This document shows, piece by piece, positions 1-12,172 of a stretch of DNA of 64,000 bases. A program made the position numbers and the translations under genes. The DNA comes from Harriotta raleighana (Eukaryota): assembly GCA_050575255.1 (NCBI GenBank), contig JBNZDD010013683.1:585877-649876 (forward strand). The letters are read 5' to 3'. The notes beneath the pieces were generated by a model. The model made no database searches and was not told the origin of the DNA. It saw only the letters and a list, made by a program, of their open reading frames with translations. The first letter of the stretch is position 1. The number at the start of each line of letters is the position of its first letter.

Positions 1-515
1 AGTGCAGCCTTGGATGCTGATGCTGTCAGCACCCGAGTTGCGGAGGCGCTGACGCGAGCCAATCAGGAGGGCCTCGGTTTTCCGGACATTGAGCTGAAGA
101 AAGTTATCTCTCGTCCAGGACTCGATGTCAGACAGGCAGGCTGTCAGGACATCAGTAGTCGTGGAGTTGAGGGTAGAGGAGGAAAGGTAGAGTTGGGTGT
201 CATCCGCATACATGTGGAAGTTAACCCCATGTCTGCGGATGATGTCACCAAGGGGGAGCATATAGAGGGTGAAGAGGAGAGGACCAAGGACAGAGCCCTG
301 AGGGACGCCGCACGAGACAGTGCGGGGGCTGGAGGAAAAGCCATTTGCGGAAACAAAATGAAGACGGTGGGAGAGGTAGGACCTAAACCACTCAAGAACA
401 GTGCCTTGAAGGTTGAGGTGGGAGGACAGGCGGTGCAGGAGGATAGAGTGGTCGACCGTATCGAATGCGGCCGAAAGGTCGAGGAGGACGAGGAGGCAGA
501 GGGAGCCCTGGTCTG
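1..515 (-). mobile_element. L2-clade LINE reverse transcriptase fragment (frameshifted, runs off window start)
   Basis: Minus strand translates to [23 protein letters not shown]...[12 protein letters not shown]...[11 protein letters not shown]...[14 protein letters not shown]; the YADD codons are at 199-210. ORFs 10..516(+) and 144..395(-) are shadows of it. Confidence 0.95.
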
Positions 516-691
516 ATGTCATCTCATCTATCAGATGACATTTTGCTGATTGCAAGTTATCCTTTCTTCTCCAAAGGTTACATGTGGTCCCGTCTGTCTG
601 CNCTGATGTCATCTCATCTATCAGATGACATTTTGCTGACTGCAAGTTATCCTTTCTTCTCCAAAGGTTACATGTGGTCCCGTCTGTCTGC
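513..691. other. Assembly artefact: 89-bp duplication around a single N
   Basis: 513-601 and 603-691 are near identical and separated by N602, typical of unmerged overlapping contig ends. Confidence 0.9.
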
Positions 692-1039
692 TCCAATTCT
701 TGTCAACTTGAGAGTGATGCATTTAAAGCCAACGCATAGAGTCAAGTATATGAGCGATCTCTTCACTCATCCCAAACAGCTTGATTTTCATGCGAAGGGC
801 AAATATTTAAAAGATTTCAATTAAATCAAAAGAGTGGCTAAAACTTAAAATATTCAAATATAACAATAATGACACTTAACATCCCCCTACTAGCCACCAC
901 CCCCACTGCAAATCTTAAATTTAGAGCAAAGTTAATTTACATCTAGTTTAATCTTAACATTTTTCTTCTTTCACAAATGCACGGAATCCTAGGCAGTGAA
1001 AATGGTATTTTGAAAGAGGCAGGAAAGATAAGATCATGC

Positions 1040-1126
1040 GTCTCAAGATCAAAGTCCCCACTTGGATCTTGACCCACAACATTCTGACTCAGTGACGAGA
1101 GAACTATCAGCTGAGCCAGGCTGATA
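1040..1126 (-). mobile_element. Deu-type SINE tRNA-like head fragment
   Basis: Reverse complement tcagcctggctcagctgatagttctctcgtcactgagtcagaatgttgtgggtcaag matches the heads at 17279, 28680 and 45571. Confidence 0.7.
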
Positions 1127-2345
1127 CTGATATTCTTGTGGTGTTTACAGAAGAGACAGAGGCCATTTGAGTTATCATATATTTGCTGGCACTTGTTCCC
1201 CCACTGGATGTATCTACTCTAATCCCATTGCCCTGTTTTTTTTTCTCCAGGTTTCACCATTTCATTTATTGTTCCTCAAATATTTATCAAGTTCCCTTTT
1301 GAAAGGTCACCATAGGCTTTGCTGTAGAAATCATTGTGGTTAAACATGTTTTGCATTTCCCTTTGCATTATCCAGCAACAATGTGTACAACTGTCAATGT
1401 GTAACTCCTTTTAAGACTCTTTGGTCTCCAAGGCATCTTCTCCTTTGTAACAACCAGCACACAGAGCTCTGCAGGCATCTGGGATATTTGGGGTTAATGG
1501 TGATTCCTTACAACTGCTTGTTCCAGTGAATGGAAAACTCCTTTTGCAGGTGTCAATGGGATATTTTTGGGATCTATTCCCGATCTCTACAGTTGACAGG
1601 CATTTTTACTTTGCAGTTCGTGAATTTGGGAATAGTGTACCAGCTCAGATCATGTCGTCAAAGGCAATCCTTCCACCTAAAGCTTGAGCCCTGGTCTTTC
1701 TGAAACCTGATTTTCTCGAACTTTTCCCCCCTCTGTCACTATCCAGAGGTTACCACCAAGTGTTATTACTTGCACCTCTGTTTCAAAGTCCAAAATGGCT
1801 CACGTCCATGTCATTAAAGGTCATTCATTTGCTTCAGTGCGTTTTTGATTTGATTACATAACTAAATTCACTGCCAGAAGACTTCTGCAGCACTGTGTGT
1901 GGTAAATAATGTCTTAGTACTTGAGTACTTGGTAAATACTGTAATGGCAAAACATTAACCTCTAATGTCCTGCGAGGACTTACATTTTGCCAAGGTGAGT
2001 GCAATGACTTTTCAGTTTAAATTGTGTATAAAACTAATGTCCAGAAACATAGCCAGTTTAATCTAGCCTTCAACAAGCAGTGAAAGAACTATTTAATATG
2101 GATCAAATCTAATAATATTAATAATCCTTGCATTTAATATTTAATCTACAAAACTAAATTAATTTAAAGTGAGTTTGACACCTTGTGGTACCAATTCAAC
2201 TGTGGTGGTCACTTTTGGATCAAGTTCGTATTGAGTTGAGATACAATTAACATTTATATAGTGCTTTTCATGTTGTGAGGATATTTCAAAGCCTTAACTC
2301 TGCTGACTGGGCACCCAAACTGGTGGATGGGATCTGGAGTGGGAA

Positions 2346-2408
2346 GATAATTGCAAGTGTATCAAAGACAATTTTAAGCGTACCAAAGACAATTGTAAGC
2401 GTATCAAA
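2346..2408. repeat. 21-bp minisatellite, about 3 copies
   Basis: gataattgcaagtgtatcaaa / gacaattttaagcgtaccaaa / gacaattgtaagcgtatcaaa. Confidence 0.85.
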
Positions 2409-2621
2409 TTTGGACAGACTCTAGGATTAAATTCCAGAGTGTGGGGGCATAACATGTGAAAGACCAACCGACAATTGTGGAGTGGATGGAGGATGGGGGC
2501 TCCGAAGCACTCTGAATCGCGCTTAGTGAAGGGAGAGGGCGAATTTACAAACTGGAAACGTACAATCACAAGTGAGTGGCCAACCGAGCTGGTGCCAGGG
2601 GCAATTCCTGAAGAAATATCC

Positions 2622-2668
2622 GTGTGTGTGTGTGTGTGGGTGTGTGGGGGGGGGGATGTGTGTGGGTG
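2622..2668. repeat. (GT)n / G-rich microsatellite
   Basis: gtgtgtgtgtgtgtgtgggtgtgtggggggggg read directly. Confidence 0.9.
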
Positions 2669-3049
2669 GATTAAACCCTACACAATCTGTGAGGGAAACT
2701 TCTGCCTCAGTTTACAGTACTAACCTCCTTCTCCCAGAACCCCAAGTGTAACAGATGTGCCACACAAGCCACAGAATTAGAGAACTTGGATCTGCAGCCA
2801 ACAACTCAACATAGAAGTTATTGGACTGACACATCTTCAAAAGTAAATTGAAAAAAAAAGTGCCTTGCTTTCTTATTCACATCTTCCCAGCTGCTGGCAC
2901 CCGGGAGCTCACAAAACACAGCGGCACAGGGGCATTTGATATACTGTACAAGCATTCTCTCCAATACAGTTCATGAATATTCAGAAGGTGGAAATTAATT
3001 TTTAAATACAACCTCCTGCTCTACATTAATGGTCCTCTTAGGATTACAT

Positions 3050-3340
3050 AAAACACAGGATTGTAACACTGAAATACAACGCAGGTTGATACTCCAGGAT
3101 CCACCAAGTCATTGGAAGAGGACATAGGCTCAGGGTTACAAAGGTCAATTTCTTCGCTCAGAGGGTAAGTAACGACTGGCACTGGTTTCCAACAAGGGTG
3201 GTTGAAGCCAGGACACTGGACGTAAGTAACTCAGGGTTGGTGAATGATGAGAGCAAGGTAGGGTAGGAGGAAGGGTGTGTGCTTTTGAAAGGATGGACCG
3301 AGAGGCATCTTCATCAGTACTGATCTTGCGGTCTTGTGAA
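3050..3340 (+). mobile_element. CR1 LINE 3' end, degraded
   Basis: ttcttcgctcagagggtaagtaacgactggcactggtttccaacaagggtggttgaagcc encodes FFAQRVSNDWHWFPTRVVEA, the CR1 ORF2 C-terminal motif. Confidence 0.75.
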
Positions 3341-3654
3341 TGTGATAGAAGGAGAAGTTGAACTGCTCATATTTAGACCAGATTCCAAAACCCTCTGTGC
3401 AGTCCACCAAGTGACATGACTTAGTTTTAATCGGTGTTAGATATTTCTACTGAATTCTACTGCTGTGTATATAATGTTTGAAGTTCCACCTAGTTCAACA
3501 ACTACAACAACTTAGGTTTAGCCTATAAGACCATTTTGTCTTACATTTTAGGAATTCGTAGTATTATCTAATTCCTCAATTTTGTAGCTTCAAAAGCTGG
3601 TCCTTTTAAAATCTAAAATGCAAACTAGAAAGAAGGGCCTATGAAACATCTCCT

Positions 3655-3985
3655 GGAGCTCCTGTGGCTCAGTGGTTAGAGCACTCGCCTTACATGTCTT
3701 ACAAGCATGAGACCTGTGTTAGAATCCAGGCAGATCAGGGCGAAACCTTGGGCAAGTTTCCTTACTCCACATGCCTAATAATAATCCCTCCAAATAAAAC
3801 TACAAGAATAAAATTGGTCATTTCAATCCACGACTGTTTGTGGGACACTGCTGTGCGCAATTGGCTGCCGCGTTCCACCCACAAATATACAGTCAATTCA
3901 CTTTACAGTATATTTTGTGAAGCGCTTTGGGACGTTGATAAGATGTGAAAAGCGCTATATCAAATGCAAGGATTATTATTATTAT
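3655..3985 (+). mobile_element. Full-length tRNA-derived SINE (CORE-like middle, L2-like tail, (ATT)n end)
   Basis: A-box tggctcagtggttagagc, B-box gttagaatcc, accttgggcaagtt CORE-like motif, tail aagcgctatatcaaatgcaaggattattatt; nearly identical to 31648-31970. Confidence 0.95.
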
Positions 3986-4354
3986 CTTCCTTTAATATAT
4001 GTTAAAATATGCAAGCAGCTAAGAGATTTATTGTAATGATTTATTGTAAAATAAATTTAACTTCTGAAACTCACCGTAAGAATTACCCGATAGATTGAAA
4101 TACTTTTCTTTAATAAGAATGCAAATGCATTGAGATCAATTGACTGGTTCAACTCTTTGAAGGTACCATTCAGTGCCATATAATGAACAGAAAATTATCT
4201 ATAAAAAAAACCTTTCTTTAAGACACGTAATTCCTTGAGTATCATTCTTAAAGCATATTACCTCAAAGGTTAAAAGCTCTCAAGTGATCTATTATTTGCT
4301 AAGATAACAATGTTACAACATAACTGTGTACAGTATATGTATATGTATATATTT

Positions 4355-4680
4355 CCGCGTGTGTTTGTGGGACACTGCTGTGCGCAAGTTGGCTGTTGCG
4401 TTTCCCCCCAGATATACACCGGGTTTTCCTTCTCTCTTCCTCCTACCCCAACCCCTCCCCTTGCCCTCTTTCCCCCTTTCATCCCTGGCCCTCTCGCTTC
4501 CATGGCTGTTTGTGGGACACTGCTGTGCGCAATTTGGCTGCCGCGTTTCGCCCACAAATATACAGTCAGTTTTTTCCTGCTTTTCTTCCCCCGACCCCTC
4601 CCCCCACTTGACTGTACAGCGCCTTGGGACGTCCTCCTGACGTGAAAGGCGCTATATAAATATAATATATATAAATAAAA
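4355..4680 (+). mobile_element. SINE with duplicated core joined to an L2-type tail
   Basis: gtttgtgggacactgctgtgcgcaa occurs twice (about 4363 and 4508), followed by a pyrimidine tract and agcgccttgggacgtcctcctgacgtgaaaggcgctatataaa. Confidence 0.9.
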
Positions 4681-5227
4681 AATTAAAAAATATATCACTA
4701 TGTGTTAATTGCTGTGGTAATGTGTTGAACCAGAATGAAAAACTTCTCAATTTCCAAGGCAATGGCTATATTGTTATTATAATTACCTATTGGATAATTA
4801 CAAGTGGATCTTAAAGTGTTGTCAACACTGGGGAAATATTTTAAAAGCAGGCTTTGCATTTGTGTTTTATTGTGCAAATTATAGATGATTTAAAATATTC
4901 TAAGCAAAAGCTCAGTATGGGTGATTGGTATTGAATCTTTCCCAGGATTTTTGTTACTTCAGAAGAGTTAACTCTTAGACCTTTCCTTCGGAAGTATTGA
5001 TTTTTTTGTGCTAGCTCAATGATTCTGACACCGCTAATATCTGTATTAAGGAGCTCTAATATTAGACTCAATGAGTCAAAATGTTTATATAGCAAAGATT
5101 CTATGCTTTTAAAGTTGTGAAAGAGCAGGTCACACATTCAGCCTGCTAATACTGTAGCATTGAACAGTGATCCATTGAAGGTTTTTGAACAGTCCAAACA
5201 ATTCAATGGCACAATTGATCTCATTTT

Positions 5228-5340
5228 ATAATAATAATCCTTGCATTTGACATAATGCCTTATCATGTCATTGAGATATCACAAAGCTCTTCACAGAATT
5301 TACTGTCAAGTGAGTTGACTGTATATTTTGTGGGCAAATC
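5228..5340 (-). mobile_element. SINE 3' fragment
   Basis: taataataatccttgcatttga...ttgactgtatattttgtgggc is the reverse complement of the SINE tail. Confidence 0.85.
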
Positions 5341-8300
5341 TTTGCTGAATAAACACCCTGTCAAATTCTCATTACAGAATTAAGTTATTATTCATCTATA
5401 AATCCAGTGTCCTTGTCTCAACCACCCCCCTAACACTGAGCAACAAACTTGCTTCTCTAATCTGTAATGTGTCTAAAGCCTTGGCAGCTCTCTTATGCCA
5501 CGACTGTGAGCAGTACTCAGTGTATAACCTAACGTGAGTACTGTACAGCATGAGCAAAGTAGCTCTGCATCTTGTCTGCCTCGTTTATTGCTGCTTCATC
5601 AAGAGTTCTGTTCAGTTCTATCCCATCTGTGGAGTATGTGTCCTTCCTATTTTTGCTTGTTTTTTGTCTTGTGGCAAAACAGGACACTGTCGAATCACTG
5701 GTTCAGTCTAGACAGACAGAAGCTTTCTGACATCACATTATGCGATGGATTGCTAATATGCAATGATCACTGTTGCTACATGTCTCTGATTTCTCCCTGC
5801 TGTTGAATTGGCAGATATCGCCTGATGCTATTTTATCAGTCAAAGGATTGGAGCAAATTGAGTAATTGCCAGGCCTTTGTGTCCACCCCCACCACGACAT
5901 TCAGCCTAGGCAATGATTGATGATATACGCAGCTCTTTTTGTACTAATGTGGCCCATTTGATGGAGTTAAGGCAAAGATTCTAAATCCCACGGTGAGCTT
6001 CATCATTGGCATCCAGGTTAGGATAATCACTGGCTGGGGATATTAGGGGATTAGTTTCTTCCCTGCTTAATCTGAGGCATTTATGTGGTCAAATTTGCGG
6101 ATAATGATTTTAAGGTGGTTTCGTAATTCAGGTATGCAGAGATAAATTCAGGATTAAAAATCTGTACTAATAATAATAAAAATAATAATTCTTACCTTCG
6201 AAGTTGTGTTTTTTACACCAGGAGGATGTCGCAAAGGATATTCTAGAAGTGGAGTGACTGCATTTTGTGAGTGAGTATATTTTGTGGGGGGGGGGAGGGC
6301 GGTAGTAATTTTCCATTTGACTACTCAGAGTGGATTGCGGAGATAGTGCTGAATTTGACTCACAAAGATAGGGACACACAATGTATTGGTGTGTCGCTGG
6401 ATGCATTTCGCCTGAACTATGCTTGGCTTTCGAAATTTCTCAAACTGGTGACACTTCTCACACACCGAGGTTGTCGTTCCGTTCAGTTAAAACAGCTGGT
6501 TTGGTCCCACTTTTTGCCCTTGAGCAACCCTGCTTCAACTGCAGTGACTGGTATGTCAGTCAGATTTTCCCGCAAACTCTTATCCCAAGTTGCACTCACC
6601 TCAACTGGCAAGTGCTGCTCCTTAGTCAACTGTAACACCCAATTTACTTTGGAGCATTTAATCCTTTGACTCTTTCTCCATGAGTTCGGATAGAGTTATG
6701 GAGTATGCTCAGTGAGGCAATTTTACAATATGTACGACACCAGGGTGTGATCAGAGTGGGTTGTGTTTTTCAGCAGCAATTGGAATTATTCTGCAGTGAA
6801 TATGGTTTAAAATCAGGCTCTGCCACTGTCGAACGCTCCGGGACGCTAACTTGCGTGAAGTGCGCTATCTTAATGCAACTTACTACTATTGTTTAATAGC
6901 ACAAATTCATACGTCTGTCCCTCTAGAGCTCGATAACTTATTTTGTTATTTTTTCTGACGCTCCATCAAGTGGCCTGTCCCAACACAGTAAAAGAAGCAG
7001 AGTGGCCGCACAATCATGGGGCTACATCTTTTGATCTGAGCAGATTAACACCTATGCTAACTGTCTGACAGAGTGTAAATCTAAAAGCACTGTTGGTAAG
7101 TTTTAAGAAATTGATCCAAGTGAGCCATGTATCAGTTATGACTAAAGACAATTTGTAATAATAGCTGCCAAAATTTAACCAGCGCAAATCATAATTACCA
7201 GTAACTTCGAAAATGGCTTTCAGTTTGGCGACACATCGGATGGAAAGATTATTATTGTTAAATGGACTTTGAATTTTAATTTTAATCAAGCCACAGCTCT
7301 GTGATGTTATTTTGAGCAAGCTGGGATCACCAGACACAACATTTCTGTGCTTTCTCTCCCATGCTTGTTCTCATTATTATGTTTCCCAGCTATTTTCTAA
7401 ATGACTTCGGCCATCCCTTTCAAAAGGTTGCGGGGAAATAAAGGGAGTTTTGTAAGCCCTTTTGTGCTTTGAATGTGATTTGTTTCCCCCTTTCTAATAT
7501 TGCTATAGAGTCGAGATGTTTGTGGAGTAACGTCATAACTGAGCCCTGAGTTAGTGCTGCATATATGGGGAGGGTCAGGTTGTAGACATTCACAGTACTG
7601 GCTAATAAAGATGCTGTCAATCCCATCTGATGCACTTTGTGACTGGAATTCAGAACCATGCAGGAGACAGTTCAGTCATCTCCGCAGATTAGGAAACAAA
7701 CTGCGTTTGGACCGGGAGAATTGTGGGATGGGAGGGGAATAAATTCTTGCTTCAAAAATCGTTTCAAAACCGTTCGAGCCTTGTTAAACTAACGATGAAA
7801 ACAAAACATACCTTGGTGTCCGAAACAAGGTAATTTTAGATCGGAATTCCTTAATTAAAGAATCCGAACAAAGATTATTTCCTGAATCCAGAGGGATTTT
7901 GTCCTGATTTGTGGGAATTCTCCCCTGGAAATAAATCACATCAGAGATTGCCCAAGATGAGGATGTTCTAGTTGACATCTTTGCAGTTTAGTGATTGTCA
8001 ATTCTCTGCTCACATTGATGGGCGATTGAGAAATTTGTCAACTTTGTCACACCTGGTGGTTTCCCCAATGCCTTTACAATACCAATAACAAATTACATGT
8101 GTCTTTCCTGTTAGGAGATTGGGAGAGCTTCACGCAGCAGCTTGAGTTGGGGGATGGAGGGAGGAGGATAAAGGCAGAACTCCTTTCATGTCGGAGGACG
8201 TCCCAAGGAACTGAGCCACGCAGCTTTTTGAAACCAAGGGAAATGATTCTGGGTCCCAAAAAACAATCACGGGTCTCTCTGTCTCAACATTCCTTTTGCT

Positions 8301-8431
8301 AGATGAAAGTGAGAAGCACAGGCTCAACCTTTTAATCTGGTGTTGAACACTGCAAGCATTTTCCAGAGGGTGGGTTTGAAAACACACGCACCAACAAAAA
8401 TAGAGAATCAGTGAAAAAAGACACTGAAGAG

Positions 8432-8500
8432 GAAACAACAACTTGCATTTATATAGCGCCCTCCATGCCAGGTAGCGTCTCAGTGCGCTTCACAGGAAAT
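8432..8500 (-). mobile_element. L2/SINE 3' tail fragment
   Basis: aacaacaacttgcatttatatagcgcc. Confidence 0.75.
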
Positions 8501-10279
8501 CACTGAATGGCTGCTTGCGAGGATGTTAGGAATTCAGACCATATCCTGAATTTATTCAAACCAAGATGGTTGATTCTGAATTTCTCTCAATTTAGCTGAG
8601 TGAGTAAAGGCATAAGGTATATTTCCACATCCTCATCCACTACCATAAGCACGAAGCAATTTGTGCTCAGTGTCACAAATACAGATCTGAATATGCACAA
8701 TAAGGCAGTTACACAGTCCCTGATCCTACATCTGAACGTCAAGTCCGAGACTTTTAGAAGCAAAGGATGTTTTTTTTTGAGTGGAGCTGTATCAGCATGA
8801 AAGGGGTAACTAGCGAGAGTAACTCACAGAGCGTTTCCAGGGCTGATGCTATTTACACTGAAGATAAATAATTTGCAAGTGGAACAGAAACCAAGTTGTC
8901 TTGGTTTGCTGATACTGTAATACCAAAACTGGGGAGGATTTAGACACCCGAGTTCTTATGAGAGGCTATAGCAGGTGGGAATGTTGATGGTGGAGAAGGG
9001 AAAGCTCAAGAGAGATCTTATTCAGGTGTTAAAGGGACCTTACAAGATCTGTTTCATAACTCATAACAGGTAAGAGTGTCAACAGGTATGTCAACGTTTG
9101 GAGTGTGTATATCATGTTTCTTTGTACAGTAGTAATAAGTGGGTGCATTAAATGTGCATGACTGTATCTGTGGCCTACATCACTAAATTGTGAAGTGTAC
9201 TAGCTATGAATACGCAGAACATAATCCATCCATCAATCCAAGGCACATTTTTGCAAAAGCAAGAGTGACATCAAGTAGTATGTCTTGTCCCCAACCCCTT
9301 ACTTTGCGTTCAACCCCTTCCCTAGGACAAGCTTGGTGAAGCAGAAAAAAGGCATTAAAGATTCCCAATCACTTTATAACTATCTGAAGGAATGCCACCA
9401 GAAATCCTTTCAGTAAAGACTACAGTTTATGGAATCCAACACTTCCCTAACCGTTTCATTGGCGTGCAGTTGCTGTGGACTTCTAAATGTTACACCTTCC
9501 CATTTTACTGCAATGGTGGCCAGAATTGTAAAACAAAGTGTAATTCCAGAGAGTGCCTTTTTAGTACAGTATGTTGCAATGATTGCTACGTTGGCCTTTG
9601 GGAGCTTTTCAAGATTTATACTTTTTCCTGGATGGTTTGTGATATCTGGACAACAATGTGCCTAGTAATGCAAGTCAGATTCCCTTGCAGACCCCATCTA
9701 ATGCATCTAGTGAAAGTACATTTACAATGTCAGCACAGTGCACAGGGATGGGAATAACTATTCCATTGCGGATGAGAAAAGAGCATCGTTATTGCGGAAA
9801 GTATTGGGAACTTTTGTGCTCTCGTTGTCATGGCCCTGTGGAAACAAACAAACGCAAAGTCATATCTCCCGAGCGTTTGCCAGATGAGATGGTTTGGTCG
9901 GAACCTCGACAAGTTTTGATTGGCAAAATGTACCCAACACAATCGCTGGGCAGCGATCTCACATCTAACCCAAGAATGGTACCAGGCCATGCCATTTCCT
10001 TTGCTGCCGCTTTTCCCTCCGCTGCTGACAAGATAATAAGAGCAGCTGGCTGAAGAGTTTGAGATTTAAATCGCAGGCGCACTCTGCACAGCTTTTGGAA
10101 ATCTCCAGCCACAGAAAAAAGCAGGTAATTTATAGTGCGGCTGGGAAGTCAGATACGCTTGTGACTTTGAATGCCTAATGATTTTACGTTGCCATTTCAG
10201 GCATTTACTTGAGCCAATGCGGCCCTGAATTGTTTTGCACTTCTGAACCATTTTGGAGTTAGAGTGCGCAGTTTAGCTC

Positions 10280-10520
10280 CCACTCACCTCACCTCAGCGG
10301 GAACTGATGTGTTTCTCTCTTCGTATTTTCCCGGTGGCACATCACCACGAACAATGTCCTTTTGCTCTCTGAGCTCGGTATTTCGGGTTTTGCTTTCCTT
10401 CCGCTCCTTCGGGCCGCCGATTATTTTCAGCCCCGTCCTCTGCGGTCAGGAAGTCGGGCGTTTTATTTGCGGCTTCTCTGCTGTAATTGTCGACACGTGG
10501 GCAGCGATGTAAGTGAATCC
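10280..10520. promoter_or_regulatory. CpG-enriched segment, candidate (bidirectional) promoter
   Basis: Local CpG enrichment in CpG-poor DNA; ETS-like CAGGAAGT 10447-10454; E-box CACGTG 10494-10499; splice donors facing outward on both strands. Confidence 0.35.
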
Positions 10521-11904
10521 GAGGAATGTATTTTTGTTTGGCGAGGATGGGAAGGGAGAAAAGGGTCTGAGGGTGGGAGACACCTGGCCATTCCAGGATT
10601 TCCTTTTAGCATCAAAGGCAGAAAGAGCCTGTCTCATATCTATTTCAATCTTTTACCAAACAATGCATCAACTGCAACAAGCACTGATACACCACCTTCT
10701 ACGTAGTGTGTCCATCTCGAGCCTCTACAGAAGGAGCCTCCCTAGGATGATCCATTTGAATAACGGCGTGAATCTTCTGAATGGCAGTCAAGCATCTAAG
10801 ACACTGATTTGTAGAAATTGCTACCTTTTTTGTATGAGCAGTAACCGTGACCTGTTAACCAGCGTTTCCTCCCTGAAATTCACATTATCACCTCTGCTGA
10901 TGTGTTCCAAGATCATAGCTACTTGTGCACGAACCTCCTGTGCCTGAGACCTTGACATCTTTGAGAGAATAGGAAAATACTAACCGAATGAAAGAACGTA
11001 TCAACAAAGCTTAGTTCACCCAACTGCTCCACCACCAAAAGTCAGTTTGGATTTTGCTTCAAGGTCTCCAGCTGAGTGTGCGTGCATGTTTGGGAGCTGT
11101 TTCATCAACCCAGCATTGCCCATCATCTTCAAAACCCACCTTTGTGCACTTAGCAATAGCATCTGGAACATAATCCCACCCACAAACAAATTGCACAGTT
11201 CTGATTGTCTCCAATGTTGCTAAGTGTGCAGATTGAATCCCCAAATGTGTAAATATTGCAAATCTGAACCAGCAGGATGCCAGGTTAAAGGATTTCCTCA
11301 AAGCAATATGTCTATTCAATTGACCGTAATGCATCCTCATCCTTCCAGGGGGTAATACACTTCTTAAAATTAAAGTCACCTGAAATGGTATATGATCTGA
11401 ACTTATGAAGAACAGGGCACACAATAATGTGTGTTTACACACAGTTAGCACATTTTGGTTTCATAAATAAAAATTATAATGCCACATTTGAGATATTTAG
11501 GAGAAATTTATGAAGCCTCCTATAACTTCACGGCATGCCTATTGTGGCGGTTTTATTGCGTCGTTAATATTTCTGTGGCTATCAGCAGGATTCTCTACTC
11601 ACCAAAGAGTGGTGCGACTTTTGGGGCATAATGCTAGGTGGCCTCCAAGGAAAATATTATAAACCCAATAACGCTAGTCAGGTTTTTCTGGGTGGCCCTG
11701 GGAGCAGCTTCAGAGAAAGCTGAGTGAACAAAGTACTGTACCTCCAACTGTGACATGATGCAGTGCTATTTCTTTGGCAGATGTGAGAAGCAGCATGTGG
11801 GATATGTTAGGCCACCCGAGAGGAGGGACAGCCAGGGAGTTAATACGCCATTTCCCGGTGTACCCAGTATAAAGAAACCCAAGCTACTGTACAGCTATTG
11901 TGCC

Positions 11905-12172
11905 CGTATGCCATTGTTTACCCAGCAGTAAGTAGGAACCCAGTTGTTAGCTGATTGGAGGATCGCTTTTCCGGGGGTAATAAAGAAAATATTAAATTTG
12001 TCCCTTTAATCCATGACTGTTTGAGGGATGCTGCTGTGTGCATTTGACTGCCACATTTTGCCCACAAAATATACAGACAATTCAAATTATAGTATATTCT
12101 ACAAAGAAGTATATTCTACGTGTCGAAGACGTGATAAGGAACTATATCAAATGCAAGGATTATTACCATTAT
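11905..12172 (+). mobile_element. Older long-variant SINE, head not recognisable
   Basis: tgtttacccagcagtaagtaggaacccagttgttag...gatcgcttttccgggggtaat, followed by the standard core and tail. Confidence 0.8.

Noticed and set aside
10-516. 168-aa plus-strand ORF
   Set aside because: Antisense shadow of the L2 reverse transcriptase on the minus strand.
465-824. ORF with an internally repeated peptide
   Set aside because: The repeat comes from the single-N assembly duplication.
3655-3735. tRNA-like sequence with A and B boxes (also 31648 and 33649)
   Set aside because: These are SINE heads that run directly into the SINE body, not tRNA genes.
4841-5137. Minus-strand ORF containing IIELAQKN, reminiscent of a coiled-coil protein
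   Set aside because: The match is too short, the donor is weak and no linked exons are supported.
9392-10112. Overlapping 80-130 aa ORFs on both strands
   Set aside because: No recognisable domain; expected by chance in a slightly GC-richer segment.
11059-11451. 130-aa minus-strand ORF, with GDFN in another frame suggesting a LINE endonuclease
   Set aside because: No other endonuclease motifs and an early stop.
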